Shown one piece after another: positions 1 to 10,223 of a DNA stretch of 64,000 bases; positions within the stretch are counted from its first letter, which is position 1; every line of letters begins with the position of its first letter. A model generated the notes under the pieces. That model made no database searches, was not told the origin of the DNA, and saw only the letters and a list, made by a program, of their open reading frames with translations. This stretch comes from a bacterium. GTDB taxonomy: Bacteria > Electryoneota > Electryoneia > Electryoneales > Electryoneaceae. Location: the NCBI GenBank assembly GCA_963675295.2, contig CAXXKJ010000002.1:3552001-3616000 (forward strand), written 5' to 3'. The position numbers were made by a program, and so were the translations under genes.

Positions 1-114
1 AAACCTGAAGTAATGATGCAGACACTGGTTCTGAGGGAACCGAACATCGTGTCCCGCATGAACGAACTAGACCTGCTCGGGGGGAGCTACCGTTTCGGGC
101 GGCGTGGTACCTAG
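1..114 (+). CDS. 3' end of a CDS entering the window (unknown product)
   Basis: Frame 1 is open from base 1 to TAG at 112-114 (KPEVMMQ...GRRGT*), just upstream of the next + strand gene. Confidence 0.4.
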   Translation, partial: KPEVMMQTLVLREPNIVSRMNELDLLGGSYRFGRRGT

Positions 115-153
115 ATTGTGTCAGACGATTCGATCCTAACGTGAAGATCCGCC

Positions 154-1677
154 ATGTTGCACCGTACCGTACTGCTGGTTCTGTTGCTGTTGATTTTTAT
201 CCTGCCTCCGCACGCCGCTGCTCAGGAACCTCTGCTGCAGCAATCGGTGAAGAAGCAGTTGTTCCTGTTTCCGCTGACGTACAGTCACGTTTCGCGCGAA
301 TTCAAGTCCGAACAACGGCGATATTTTGAAGCGGAACTGATGCGTGAACTGGTTTACAACTTCCCGCGGTTCGCGTTCTACGAGATGCCCGCCGACGCCA
401 ATCTGGACGACTTCCTCGACAACGCCAACGACTATCTGCTCGAACATGCGCAGGAGATCAAGCAGAAGCGTGTTGACACCGGCGGACGCTACGGCGAAGC
501 GCCGATCACGCTGGACGATCTGAAGCAGATCGTGGAAAACGGGTACGCGTTTGTTCCCCGGATAACGCGTGCGAAGTTCGAGAAGAACTCGTGGGATATT
601 GACGCCGAGCTCGACATCTATCGCACGTACGATCAGCATTTTGTCGGCACGCTGACCGGATCGACGGACAGCATGGGTGGGTTGATGTCGTTTTCGGTGC
701 AGGATGTGATCGAGTCAATCGATGACAAGGATGACCGCAAGCCCGGCCAGAAGCTGAAACCGTCGGAGATTGCCGACCAGTTCCGGCGGCGGTCGGACGG
801 TGTCGTGCAGGAGTTGCGGACGAATGTGAAACGGCACGACGAGTTCGCGATCAAGGCGATTGTGACCAAGCCCGGCATTAATGAATTCACGTTCAACCAG
901 GGCAAGGATCTCGGGGTTGAGCTCGACAAGCGGTACAAGGTGTGGTCAACCAGCGATCCGACCGAAGAGGGCAGTGTGCTGCTCGCGTTCGGCAAGGTGC
1001 GTGAGATCCGGGACGGCGAGTCGGACTTGCAGGTGTTGATCGGCGGCTGGGATCTGACATACGCAGACCAGGTGGTGGAGGACGCGCGGTTCGGGATCAA
1101 CATCAAGCCGGTGTTCGGTTTCCTGCCGATCAGCCGCAGCGGGTTTGAACCGTTCAACGAGCACCAGGTCAACATCCGCGAGATCCACAACGAGGATGAG
1201 CTGCAATTCCCTGACGACGGGCGCGCTTCCGAATTCTGGTTCGGCGCGGGTCTGGAGACGGATCTCGCGCAGTGGACCGGTTTTTCTGAATTCTACGTCG
1301 TCGGCGAGGCGGGCCTGGTTGGCGGTCTGCCGCACACCTTCACCAGCCACTTTAACGTCGGTTTCGCGAAGAAATACTGGTTCCGGCGGGTGGCGTTAAC
1401 CCTGTCCGGCCGGTACGGAATGCTGCTGATCAACTTCAGCGACGTGGAAAAGATCGAAGTGGACGGGGACGACCTCAGCGTCGGCTCGGTACACGGCCTG
1501 ATGGCGATGGCCGATCTCGAGATGCTGCTCAACCCCGATTGGGCGATCCAGGCCGGTGTTGGCTACAGTATGATGCCGGAACAGACGGTGTTCTCGTCCA
1601 AGCGTGACGACGGTTACGAAGCCCGCATCGGCATGACGGGGTTGACGTTCCGGTTTGGGGTGTTGTTCAGTCTCTAG
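154..1677 (+). CDS. Secreted hypothetical protein, probable C-terminal outer-membrane beta-barrel
   Basis: 507 aa with a signal peptide (LLVLLLLIFIL..AAA-Q). The C-terminal half has alternating amphipathic beta-strands and ends GLTFRFGVLFSL. Confidence 0.7.
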   Translation: MLHRTVLLVLLLLIFILPPHAAAQEPLLQQSVKKQLFLFPLTYSHVSREFKSEQRRYFEAELMRELVYNFPRFAFYEMPADANLDDFLDNANDYLLEHAQEIKQKRVDTGGRYGEAPITLDDLKQIVENGYAFVPRITRAKFEKNSWDIDAELDIYRTYDQHFVGTLTGSTDSMGGLMSFSVQDVIESIDDKDDRKPGQKLKPSEIADQFRRRSDGVVQELRTNVKRHDEFAIKAIVTKPGINEFTFNQGKDLGVELDKRYKVWSTSDPTEEGSVLLAFGKVREIRDGESDLQVLIGGWDLTYADQVVEDARFGINIKPVFGFLPISRSGFEPFNEHQVNIREIHNEDELQFPDDGRASEFWFGAGLETDLAQWTGFSEFYVVGEAGLVGGLPHTFTSHFNVGFAKKYWFRRVALTLSGRYGMLLINFSDVEKIEVDGDDLSVGSVHGLMAMADLEMLLNPDWAIQAGVGYSMMPEQTVFSSKRDDGYEARIGMTGLTFRFGVLFSL

Positions 1678-1728
1678 GCTGCGGGCCCTCGTCTTACGTT
1701 CTGGGCTGTGGGCTGTGGGCCGCAGAGA

Positions 1729-1825
1729 TGTGTCATTCTGAATGGAACGCAGTGAAATGAAGAATCTCCAGATACGCGAATGGTCGGATAATCTGGAGAT
1801 CCTTCACTTCGTTCAGGATGACACA
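1729..1825. repeat. REP-like long imperfect palindrome between convergent genes
   Basis: TGTGTCATTCTGAA...GAAGAATCTCCAGAT pairs with ATCTGGAGATCCTTC...TTCAGGATGACACA. Confidence 0.75.
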
Positions 1826-1927
1826 CAGGTCGCAATGGTTACGGTGGACAAGTATCCCGCCACGTGAGCTGGTTGACGCAGACGCATACCTTCACGTGTG
1901 GCTGAAGCCACACGCTAACCACGCGTC

Positions 1928-2118
1928 ACCGCTACACGGTGAGAACTACGCCGCGCGGTGGGTCGCATCGCGGTCACCTCAGCCATCCCTTTTACCGCTA
2001 CGTGGTGCAGTACGATGCAAAACCCCGCTTTTTCCTGCGTACGATAATCCTGACCAGCAAGCTGGTCAGGGCAAACACCCGATACCCGCTATGCGGTGAG
2101 AACTATGCTGCGCAGTGG
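1928..2118. repeat. Degenerate ~34-bp direct repeat pair plus a perfect hairpin
   Basis: CCGCTA(C/T)(A/G)CGGTGAGAACTA(C/T)GC(C/T)GCGC(G/A)GTGG at ~1929 and ~2086. Hairpin CCTGACCAGC-AA-GCTGGTCAGG at 2049-2070. Confidence 0.6.
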
Positions 2119-2125
2119 ATGGTAC

Positions 2126-3079
2126 CTACGCGCTGGCTTGTGTCGTCGTCTCCTCTTCCACGCCAAACACGACCGGTGGGGCGAGCTGCTCGGGGAACCG
2201 CTTCCGCAGTTCCTTCCGTGCCTTGTAGCACAGTTCGCAGGCGTCGAGGTAATCCCCTTTCAGATCGAGGTTGTATTCCTTGACCAGTCCGGCTGGACCG
2301 CTGCGTGCAAGCGGGCCGATGATCGGATGGGCGAAGGGTTCATAGTCGGCGAGAACGTGCGCCAGCGGCTTGTTCTTCATGTTTCCGATGACGACACCCT
2401 GGCAGGTGAAGAGGTTGCCGTAGCCATCGAGGTGGACACGTCCGAGGTCGGTCCAGTTTTCGTCCGGGCATTCGCTGAACTCCATCCACGGCCGGCGTGG
2501 CAGCACCGGATCATCCGCCAGTTTTTCCGCCGCGCGTCCCCGGAAGCGTACTCCCCCACCGAGGATCGGCTCGCCCTTGATCTTGTCATGCTCAACGACG
2601 CACGGCTGATCGATGGCAATCGAGCTGACCTCGATGCCCAGGCGTGAAGCCGCCTCGCGCGCATGCTCCGCCGGACTGTCGAACCCGCCGCCGTGGTACT
2701 CGTCATCGCTGACAGATAGGCTCAGCTTGGATGCGAAGCCGGAATCGTCTTCGTCGAAGATCTGTTTCAACGGACGCAGGTATTCCTCGGCGTCCTCAAC
2801 GGAGGTGGCGAAATAGCCGTTGCTGACGAGTGCGACGTCGAGACCGTAGTCCACGGCCTCCCGCACCGCCCCGAGCAGGATCGGGTAGAACAGGAACGGT
2901 TCGCCGCCCTCAATGGCGATGTCGCTGAAGCCTCCCATCTCCGCCGCCTGACGGATGGCGGATTTGGCGAAGTCGAGCGTCATCGTGCCGCGCGCCCGTG
3001 GGGACGACTGTACGAAGCAATGATCGCATTCATAGGTGCACTGGTAGGACAGCAGCAGATGCAAACCGGTGAGGTTCAT
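2126..3079 (-). CDS. Radical SAM protein with Cys-rich C-terminus
   Basis: CTYECDHC (CxxxCxxC), EGGEPF, SNGYF and C-terminal DACELC. Start reassigned to ATG at 3079 (MNLTGL). Confidence 0.9.
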   Translation of the reverse strand: MNLTGLHLLLSYQCTYECDHCFVQSSPRARGTMTLDFAKSAIRQAAEMGGFSDIAIEGGEPFLFYPILLGAVREAVDYGLDVALVSNGYFATSVEDAEEYLRPLKQIFDEDDSGFASKLSLSVSDDEYHGGGFDSPAEHAREAASRLGIEVSSIAIDQPCVVEHDKIKGEPILGGGVRFRGRAAEKLADDPVLPRRPWMEFSECPDENWTDLGRVHLDGYGNLFTCQGVVIGNMKNKPLAHVLADYEPFAHPIIGPLARSGPAGLVKEYNLDLKGDYLDACELCYKARKELRKRFPEQLAPPVVFGVEEETTTQASA

Positions 3080-3220
3080 CGCAAACTCCATCTGTTGGTT
3101 CACGGATGGAACTGCTTTGGTGGTTCGTTTAATGTAGCGAAGGAAAATCCTAAAGAGCCGAAACGCGCCGGAAAATAGCAAATCCGACGCGTTCCCTCCT
3201 GCAGAGGATATGCGCGACCC

Positions 3221-5269
3221 CTACTTGATCAATGTCAGTTTCCGCAGCACAGGTGCGTGTCCGGCCATATGCACGTGCGCGAAGTACATCCCGCTTGCCA
3301 GACCATTTCCGTCAATCTGGATGCGATGATGCCCGGCGGAATACGTGCCTTCGGCAAGCTGTTCGATCTCACGGCCCATCACGTCGTACAGGGTAACGGT
3401 CAGTTCGCCGGTCGCCGGTAACGACACCATCAACTCGGTGCTTGGATTGAACGGATTTGGCATCGCCTGCGATACCTCGAATCCGGTTGGAAGTTCCGAC
3501 GGATGCTCCTCACTCACGCCCGCCGTGGCCTGAACAATGACCGTCGTGCCGTCGAACGCTTCCAGTTCAACCGGCGTTTCCCCGACCTTGAGCCGGAAGA
3601 CACAGGTGCCGTCCGGATAGCTGATCGGGATCGCCTGCACCTGGTTGCCGAGGTTGTAGGCATTACCCGGGGTTAACGTAATCGGACCAAACACCTGGAG
3701 CGGGCCGAAGAACGTACCGTCCGGCCACACCATTTCGGTCCAGGCGTAGACCGTAATCGATTGGTTCAACGTGTTTTCGATGTTTGCGTTCCAGGTGAAC
3801 TCGTCACCCGGCGCAAGAATCACCGGGGTCGCGGAGGTGGTCAGGTTGACCGTCATGTTCTCCGCTTCGTCTGGGTATTCAAAGTTGACATGCACCAGCG
3901 GCTTCCCGGCGATGTCGAAGTTGAGGTACCACTGGTTGCCATCGGTGAGCATGAACGCAGGCGGCATCTCGGCGTTTTCAACGATCACCGGGTCACTTGT
4001 GTCGACCGGGATGGCGAAATCATTCATGCCGTGAATAACGACGGACACCGCGTGGTTCACGTTCAGGGCTGGCGAAACGATCGGGAATAGATTCCACCCT
4101 TCCATTACCGGACCGCTGTAGCTCCAGAACTCGCTAAAGTTACTGTTGAGATAGGTGTAGGCCTTCAATTCGACATTGTCGTAGTCGTCGAGGAAGTAGA
4201 TGTTTGCACAACTGGCGACTGCACCTTCGACGGGCGGCTTGAACATGATCGACAAGCCATTGCCGTCGGCGATTGTCTCGCTGGATTCGTACGAGCCGTC
4301 ATCGTAGCTGAGCCAGTCGCGCGGATCGACAACCTGTTGGAACAGGACAAACTCGTTGTTGGCCGGGTCGTCGGTACCATCACCAATGACGGTCATGGTG
4401 GCGGTGTAGTCACCGACCGCAGTTGGATTCCACTCGGTTGGGGTGGTGAAAGTGTAGCTCGAACCTGAGGCAAGTGTGGGTACATCAACGGTTGAGGTGA
4501 ACACGGTTGAACCGCCACTGTTCGTCACCTCGATAGTGCAGTCACCCTGCGGTGACGAGGTGGTGCCGGCGTTGAGAATCCGGCCTTGGAATGCGATGCC
4601 GTTCTCTGTCGTGACGTGGTAGCGATTCTGATCGTTCCAGGTGCGATACGCGACGAGGTCGTAGATCCCCGCGCCGTATTCCCCACCGGCTTCGATCACC
4701 CAGTCGCCTTGGCTGTCCAGTGAGAATGGACCGCCGCCGGCGCTGGACGCGACGAGGTTGGATCCGGACGATCCGTCCGTATCCTCGCAGACATTCCAAG
4801 CGAACACGTTCGCCGTGCCGACACTGATCCAGAACTCTTCGTTGGCGTCGAAAAACAGCACATCTTCACCTGGAAGCTCGAGTTCGAGCCAGACCGTCGT
4901 CGCTGTAACAACCTCCCGCGACACGGTACCATTGTAAGCCAACAGTTGGCTGCCGGGAGATCCGCCGTCATCGGCGTAGACACGAATGGTCATCGAGTTG
5001 ACTTCGGTGGTGTACTCTTCAATGAGTACGCGGGCGCCGCGCAGAATGAAATCGTCGTCCGGAATGAACCGTGTCAACGACCATTGCGGGTTGAAAACGG
5101 CTTCTGTCATCACCCCGGCGCCAGGGAAGCTGTGGTTGGCCAGTACGACGTCGAATTCATCGATCTCGTTGGTCGAAAATTCGCCGGGACCGACGTTTGC
5201 GAATGATGGAGTTAGAAGGAATAAGAACGCGATGGTGCAACTGAACACAAGGGTGGCAGGAAACTTCAT
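3221..5269 (-). CDS. Secreted protein with CARDB/Ig-like domains and T9SS-type-A-like CTD
   Basis: Signal peptide; C-terminal PNPFNPST...LASGMYF...RKLTLIK. Confidence 0.85.
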   Translation of the reverse strand: MKFPATLVFSCTIAFLFLLTPSFANVGPGEFSTNEIDEFDVVLANHSFPGAGVMTEAVFNPQWSLTRFIPDDDFILRGARVLIEEYTTEVNSMTIRVYADDGGSPGSQLLAYNGTVSREVVTATTVWLELELPGEDVLFFDANEEFWISVGTANVFAWNVCEDTDGSSGSNLVASSAGGGPFSLDSQGDWVIEAGGEYGAGIYDLVAYRTWNDQNRYHVTTENGIAFQGRILNAGTTSSPQGDCTIEVTNSGGSTVFTSTVDVPTLASGSSYTFTTPTEWNPTAVGDYTATMTVIGDGTDDPANNEFVLFQQVVDPRDWLSYDDGSYESSETIADGNGLSIMFKPPVEGAVASCANIYFLDDYDNVELKAYTYLNSNFSEFWSYSGPVMEGWNLFPIVSPALNVNHAVSVVIHGMNDFAIPVDTSDPVIVENAEMPPAFMLTDGNQWYLNFDIAGKPLVHVNFEYPDEAENMTVNLTTSATPVILAPGDEFTWNANIENTLNQSITVYAWTEMVWPDGTFFGPLQVFGPITLTPGNAYNLGNQVQAIPISYPDGTCVFRLKVGETPVELEAFDGTTVIVQATAGVSEEHPSELPTGFEVSQAMPNPFNPSTELMVSLPATGELTVTLYDVMGREIEQLAEGTYSAGHHRIQIDGNGLASGMYFAHVHMAGHAPVLRKLTLIK

Positions 5270-5390
5270 CTTGATTCTCCTCCAGGTGAAATAATGGATT
5301 ATGGCTGGCTGATAGGTACGTCCTATCCTCCGGTTTGAACTGCAAATAGCACATCCAGAACGCGCGGATTATTTGCTCCGCAACGTTTGT

Positions 5391-7454
5391 TTACTTGATC
5401 AGGGTAACCTTCCGCAAGACCGGCGCGTGATCGTTCGCGAGCACAGTGACAAAGTAGACGCCGCTTGCGAGTTCGCGGCCATCCACGGTCACCACCAGTT
5501 CGCCCGGTGCATAGTGTCCATCAGCCAGGGTCTGGACTTGCCGGCCAAGCACGTCAAACAGCATCACCTGCAACTGAGACACCTCGCGCAGGTTGATCCG
5601 CAGTGAGGTGAGCGGGTTGAATGGATTCGGGCTCGGCTCACTGACGGTAAACGCCGACGGTTGCTCGGCGTGACTGGTTATCGTTTCGTCGACGGCCACC
5701 TCGATACGGGCGTTCACGTTGAATGCGTTGAACGTCGCTGTAACCGTCGGATAATCGCCGACATTCATCCGGAACATGTATAGCCCCTCCGGGGCGCTGG
5801 CCGGGATCAACTGGTCGGAGTGTGGCAGCTCGAAGGGCGTATTCGGCACGAGCGTTACATTATTCTGCAATTGCAATGGTTCGAAATGGTCGCCGTTCGG
5901 CCAGGTCATTTCGGTCCAGACATCAACGGTGTAGATCGTTTGCAATGAGTTGTAGATCGTTCCCGAATAGCCGAACGATTCGCCCGGCTCGATGTAGGGC
6001 TGTGTTTCATCCGGGACCAGCTCCAGATGCAGCAAGTTGTCAGCGGTTGGATGCTCATAGAGAATCTGCACCAGCGGCTTGCCCGGCAGGTCCGGATCCG
6101 GTGTCCACGTCGATCCGTCTGTGAGGAAATAGCTGAACGGCATGCGATCATTGGGGATGATCAGCGGTTCAGCGGTGTCCACCGGGACGTGCAAGCCGGA
6201 CTCGTTCTCGAGTACGACGACGATGCTGCCGGTGCTCAGTGGCGGTGAGGCGAGCGCGAACCGCATCCAGCCGCTGTCCACCGGGCCGGCATATTCCCAG
6301 AATTGGCTGAAGGTAAAGCTCTGGAAGGTGTACGCTTTCACTCGAACGGCGGGGTATGCCTGGTCAAACCAGATCCGCGCCTCGGCGGATTTTGCGGGAT
6401 GCTGGGCCGGGATCATCAACACACCGAGACTCTGTCCCAGCGGCATGTCGTAGATGTCTTCCATTGTCTCATCGTCAAAGCTGTAGTAGTCCCCGGTGTT
6501 GATCACCTGCTGATAGAGTACCGTCCGGTTGTTGCTGAAATCGACATCTCCATCGACAAGCACGATTACGGACGCCATATACTGCCCGCCAGCCGATGCC
6601 GACCAGGACTCGTCGAATACGAGTTCGTGCACACCGTTTCCGGGCAGCGGATTGAACGCCTCGGTAGTGCTGAAGATGAGCTGGCCGAGCATGTTCTCGA
6701 CCGCGAGGCTGCAGGTGCCACCGGGAGCCGGAGTGTCATTCAGGTTTTCCACTTCCACACTGAATTCGACCGTTGAACCGGCCTGCAGGTGGTATTTCCC
6801 GTTGGTGTTCCACAGTTGCGATGCGCGCAGGTCGACATTCTGCCAACTGGTTGATCCGCCCGCCGCGAGGATCCAGTCGCCGCTGCTGACAGAGTGGTTC
6901 GGGCCGCCGTTCATTCCGTCACCGGTCCAGCTGAGTCCGGCGAGGCCATTATCGTCCTGCACGACTGTCCAGTCGTTGTAATCTGGCACTTCTACGCTGA
7001 TCCAGAAGATGGAATCTTCCTGGAACACCCACCAGTAGGGTGCGCTCATCGGCACTTCCGCCCAGACCAGGTTGTCGATTTCGACGATGCGGATCACATC
7101 GTCGTTGTACGTGAACAGGAAATCGCCCGGGGTGTTGTTGCCGGAATCTTCGTAGACGTGGAAGGTCAGGGAAGAAATCTGCTGGTTGCCTTCCAGCACC
7201 AGCGCCCTGATTCCCTGCAGGTAGAAGCCTTCGGTGCAGTGGAACTGGGTCAGCACATACTGCGGAGTGTGTTCGTTTTCGGTCTGGTAGCCAGCATCGG
7301 GATAGGAATGGTAGGCGATGGTGTCGTCGAATTCCTCGAGATCATCGAGGCCACGGTGATATGCCTCTGCCTGAACCGGACCTGCCCAGACGGACAGTGC
7401 CAGCAGCAGTAGCAGAGTCAGGATCCGATTTAGAGGTCGAGACAAATGGGTCAT
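5391..7454 (-). CDS. Secreted protein paralogous to 3221-5269, with T9SS-type-A-like CTD
   Basis: Collinear similarity (AYHSYP/ANHSFP, GDWILAAGG/GDWVIEAGG, GKPLV, WTEM.WP.G) and PNPFNP CTD. ATG at 7454 follows a GAGGGG RBS. Confidence 0.85.
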   Translation of the reverse strand: MTHLSRPLNRILTLLLLLALSVWAGPVQAEAYHRGLDDLEEFDDTIAYHSYPDAGYQTENEHTPQYVLTQFHCTEGFYLQGIRALVLEGNQQISSLTFHVYEDSGNNTPGDFLFTYNDDVIRIVEIDNLVWAEVPMSAPYWWVFQEDSIFWISVEVPDYNDWTVVQDDNGLAGLSWTGDGMNGGPNHSVSSGDWILAAGGSTSWQNVDLRASQLWNTNGKYHLQAGSTVEFSVEVENLNDTPAPGGTCSLAVENMLGQLIFSTTEAFNPLPGNGVHELVFDESWSASAGGQYMASVIVLVDGDVDFSNNRTVLYQQVINTGDYYSFDDETMEDIYDMPLGQSLGVLMIPAQHPAKSAEARIWFDQAYPAVRVKAYTFQSFTFSQFWEYAGPVDSGWMRFALASPPLSTGSIVVVLENESGLHVPVDTAEPLIIPNDRMPFSYFLTDGSTWTPDPDLPGKPLVQILYEHPTADNLLHLELVPDETQPYIEPGESFGYSGTIYNSLQTIYTVDVWTEMTWPNGDHFEPLQLQNNVTLVPNTPFELPHSDQLIPASAPEGLYMFRMNVGDYPTVTATFNAFNVNARIEVAVDETITSHAEQPSAFTVSEPSPNPFNPLTSLRINLREVSQLQVMLFDVLGRQVQTLADGHYAPGELVVTVDGRELASGVYFVTVLANDHAPVLRKVTLIK

Positions 7455-7712
7455 TGACCACATCCCCTCACCGTACTCCTCCACAAGTATTCCCAACGTA
7501 CGGGAAAACAGGGCGATCCACCATGAGCACGAGCACATTGATACGAAATTTGTGCCCTCGTGCAGGCGGGATCGCGGAATACGGTGCATTGATCGCAGTT
7601 GCATAGGCTCGGACGCACTTCCCGGCTCACTGCACGAGTTTGATAGTACACAAAACGGCCCGCAATCTACGGGCCGAAAAGTTCGGAGAGCCACTTTAAA
7701 CCAAACATGTAC

Positions 7713-8321
7713 CTACGCAGCAACATCCTCGGCAACAGCTTTGCCACGTGCGAACGCCGCGAGGTTCAGCTCGATCGTCTTCGGCGGGACCATCGCGCGG
7801 ATGGTCTCATTCCAGATGTCGTCGCTGATGTCGAGGCCGGTCGAGAGGGCACCGAGCAGGATGGTGTTGGTCAACCGGGAATTGCCCAACTCCTCGGCAA
7901 TCTTCTCCGCTTCGATCGGTACCACACGTCCCTTGCAGACGCTTTTCGCGTCCTCAAGCGGCGTTTCCGGGTACTGCAATCCCTTGACCTTTTTCTTCTG
8001 CGGCCCGCGTGGCGGCGGGATTTTCTGGGTTGCGGAGAGTAGCAGTCCGCCCTCTTTCACCTCATGGGCGAAGCGCAACGCCTCGGCCGATTCGAAGCCG
8101 AGCAGAACATCCGCCTGGCCGTGCTGAATCAACGGACTGTAGACTTTTTCGCCGAAGCGGACGTGACTGGTGACGACACCACCGCGCTGGCTCATGCCGT
8201 GAATTTCGGATTTTTTTACATCGTATCCGGCGCGCAACGCCACTTCGCAGAGGATGTTCGATGCGAGCACGACGCCCTGACCACCGACTCCCACGATGAG
8301 CACATTGACGACTTCGCTCAT
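7713..8321 (-). CDS. iorB: Indolepyruvate ferredoxin oxidoreductase beta subunit
   Basis: GVGGQGVVLAS and SEIHGMSQRGG.V.SHVR; coupled to iorA. Confidence 0.93.
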   Translation of the reverse strand: MSEVVNVLIVGVGGQGVVLASNILCEVALRAGYDVKKSEIHGMSQRGGVVTSHVRFGEKVYSPLIQHGQADVLLGFESAEALRFAHEVKEGGLLLSATQKIPPPRGPQKKKVKGLQYPETPLEDAKSVCKGRVVPIEAEKIAEELGNSRLTNTILLGALSTGLDISDDIWNETIRAMVPPKTIELNLAAFARGKAVAEDVAA

Positions 8322-10150
8322 GCCTCCACCTCCTCTCCATGACGCTTTTTGAACTCAGTCAACGACAAAATCGCGTCATCCTTGCACACCTGTTGGCAAA
8401 GTGTGCACCCCGTGCAGGCGGTCGGGTCGATGTGAGCGATGGCCAGACCACGCTTCGTTTTCTTGCCTGATGTACTGATCGCGGGGCAGCCAATCCGGAA
8501 GCAGTTCCCGCAACCGGTGCAGTCTGCCTCGACCACCACGTACGGGTCGATCTTCCGTTTCTTCGGGAACAGTGCGCACTGTTTGCGTGCGATCAGGACG
8601 GACGGTCCGTCGTAATTGACTGCTTCCTTGAGCTGATCGACGGTTTTGTTGTAGTCGTAGGTGTCGGCGACAATCATCTTCTTGACGCCAAGGCCTTCGA
8701 CGACCTGTTCGATCGGCACCTTGACGTTGACGTTGCCCATCAGGTTCGTGCCGGAACCCGGATGCTGCTGGCCGCCGGTCATCGCGGTGATGCTGTTGTC
8801 GACGATGACGACGGTAATGTTCGCTTCGGAGGCGACGGCGTCGAGCAGGCCGGTCATGCCGCTGTGGTAGAAGGTTGAGTCCCCGATGACGGCGACTGCC
8901 GGGTGTTTGCGGTCGTTTTCGGCCAGCGCGGCACCAACGGCGCTGCCGATGGACGCGCCCATGCAGAAGCAGGTGTGCAGCGTTTCCAGCGGCGGCAGGG
9001 CGGCGAGGGTGTAGCAGCCGATATCGCCGTAGACGTCCGCGTTGATCTTGCGCAACGCCATGTAGATCCCGCGGTGCGGGCAACCGGCGCAGAGCACCGG
9101 CGGACGGGCGACGACCGGTTCGCCAACCGGCACGACCGGCGCGCTGTCGAGCAGCCCCGCTTCATGCAGGCCTTTGCCGACGGTGTCGAGGTCCAGTTCG
9201 CCTTCGCGCGGGAAGAATTCCTTGCCCTGCACGTTGATCCCGGCGATCTTCGCCTCTTCTTCCATGAACGGCTCGAGTTCTTCGATGACGAGCACGCGGT
9301 CGCAGTGTTCGGCGAGCTGGCGCGCTTTCTCCGCCGGGAACGGCCACGGCATGCCGACTTTGAGCAGGCTGGCGTCCGGCATCAGCTCCTGCACGTAGTT
9401 GGAGGCGACGCCGGCGGTGATGATCCCGATCTTCTTCGACTTCAGCTGCAGATCGTTGCCGTCCCAGTTGTTCGAGAACTCGAGCAGGTCGAGGGCCCGC
9501 TTCTCCGCGAAGGTGTGACGCGGACGGGCAAAGTTCGGCATCATCACGAAACGTTCGATCTCACGCTTCATGTGTGGTCCACGAACCGGCTCAGCCCACT
9601 CGCCGAGTTGGACAAGGCCCTTTGCGTGCGCGATGCGGGTGGTTTCGCGCATCATGACGAAGGTGTTGAACTGTTCGGAGAAATCGAACGCCATCTTCGT
9701 GAAGTCGTGCGCCTCCTGGCTGTTCGCCGGATCGAAGACAGGCACCTTCATGAACTTGGCGAGGATGCGGCTGTCCTGTTCGTTCTGGGACGAATGCATC
9801 GCCGGATCATCCGCCGCGACCAGCACAAACCCACCGACCACGCCGGTGTAGGTAAAGGTCATCAACGGGTCCATCGCGACGTTGACGCCGACGTGCTTCA
9901 TCGTGCAGAGAACACGTGTGCCGGTGAGACAGGCACCGATGCCAACCTCGACCGCGACCTTTTCGTTGGGGGCCCACTTTGCGAACACGCCGGGGAAGGT
10001 GTGGAAGATCTCGAGGATCTCGGTGGACGGTGTTCCGGGATACGCCGTCCCGAAATAACAGCCCGCCTCCCGCGCACCGTGCGCGATCGATTCGTTGCCG
10101 AATTGCAGAACCTTGTTCGGCTTCTCCTTCTGTCCGTTCGGTACGTTCAT
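8318..10150 (-). CDS. iorA: Indolepyruvate ferredoxin oxidoreductase alpha subunit
   Basis: GNE.IAHG, YPGTPSTEI, MKHVGVNVA, RPPVLCAGCPHR, GDIGCYTL, GDSTF.HSG (TPP) and C-terminal 2x[4Fe-4S] motifs. Confidence 0.95.
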   Translation of the reverse strand: MNVPNGQKEKPNKVLQFGNESIAHGAREAGCYFGTAYPGTPSTEILEIFHTFPGVFAKWAPNEKVAVEVGIGACLTGTRVLCTMKHVGVNVAMDPLMTFTYTGVVGGFVLVAADDPAMHSSQNEQDSRILAKFMKVPVFDPANSQEAHDFTKMAFDFSEQFNTFVMMRETTRIAHAKGLVQLGEWAEPVRGPHMKREIERFVMMPNFARPRHTFAEKRALDLLEFSNNWDGNDLQLKSKKIGIITAGVASNYVQELMPDASLLKVGMPWPFPAEKARQLAEHCDRVLVIEELEPFMEEEAKIAGINVQGKEFFPREGELDLDTVGKGLHEAGLLDSAPVVPVGEPVVARPPVLCAGCPHRGIYMALRKINADVYGDIGCYTLAALPPLETLHTCFCMGASIGSAVGAALAENDRKHPAVAVIGDSTFYHSGMTGLLDAVASEANITVVIVDNSITAMTGGQQHPGSGTNLMGNVNVKVPIEQVVEGLGVKKMIVADTYDYNKTVDQLKEAVNYDGPSVLIARKQCALFPKKRKIDPYVVVEADCTGCGNCFRIGCPAISTSGKKTKRGLAIAHIDPTACTGCTLCQQVCKDDAILSLTEFKKRHGEEVEA

Positions 10151-10223
10151 ACCGTAACTTCCTTCTTCCAGTCGTTTTAAGTCCGGAACGCCGGTTCCGG
10201 AACGGTACCAGCAACCTACAGAG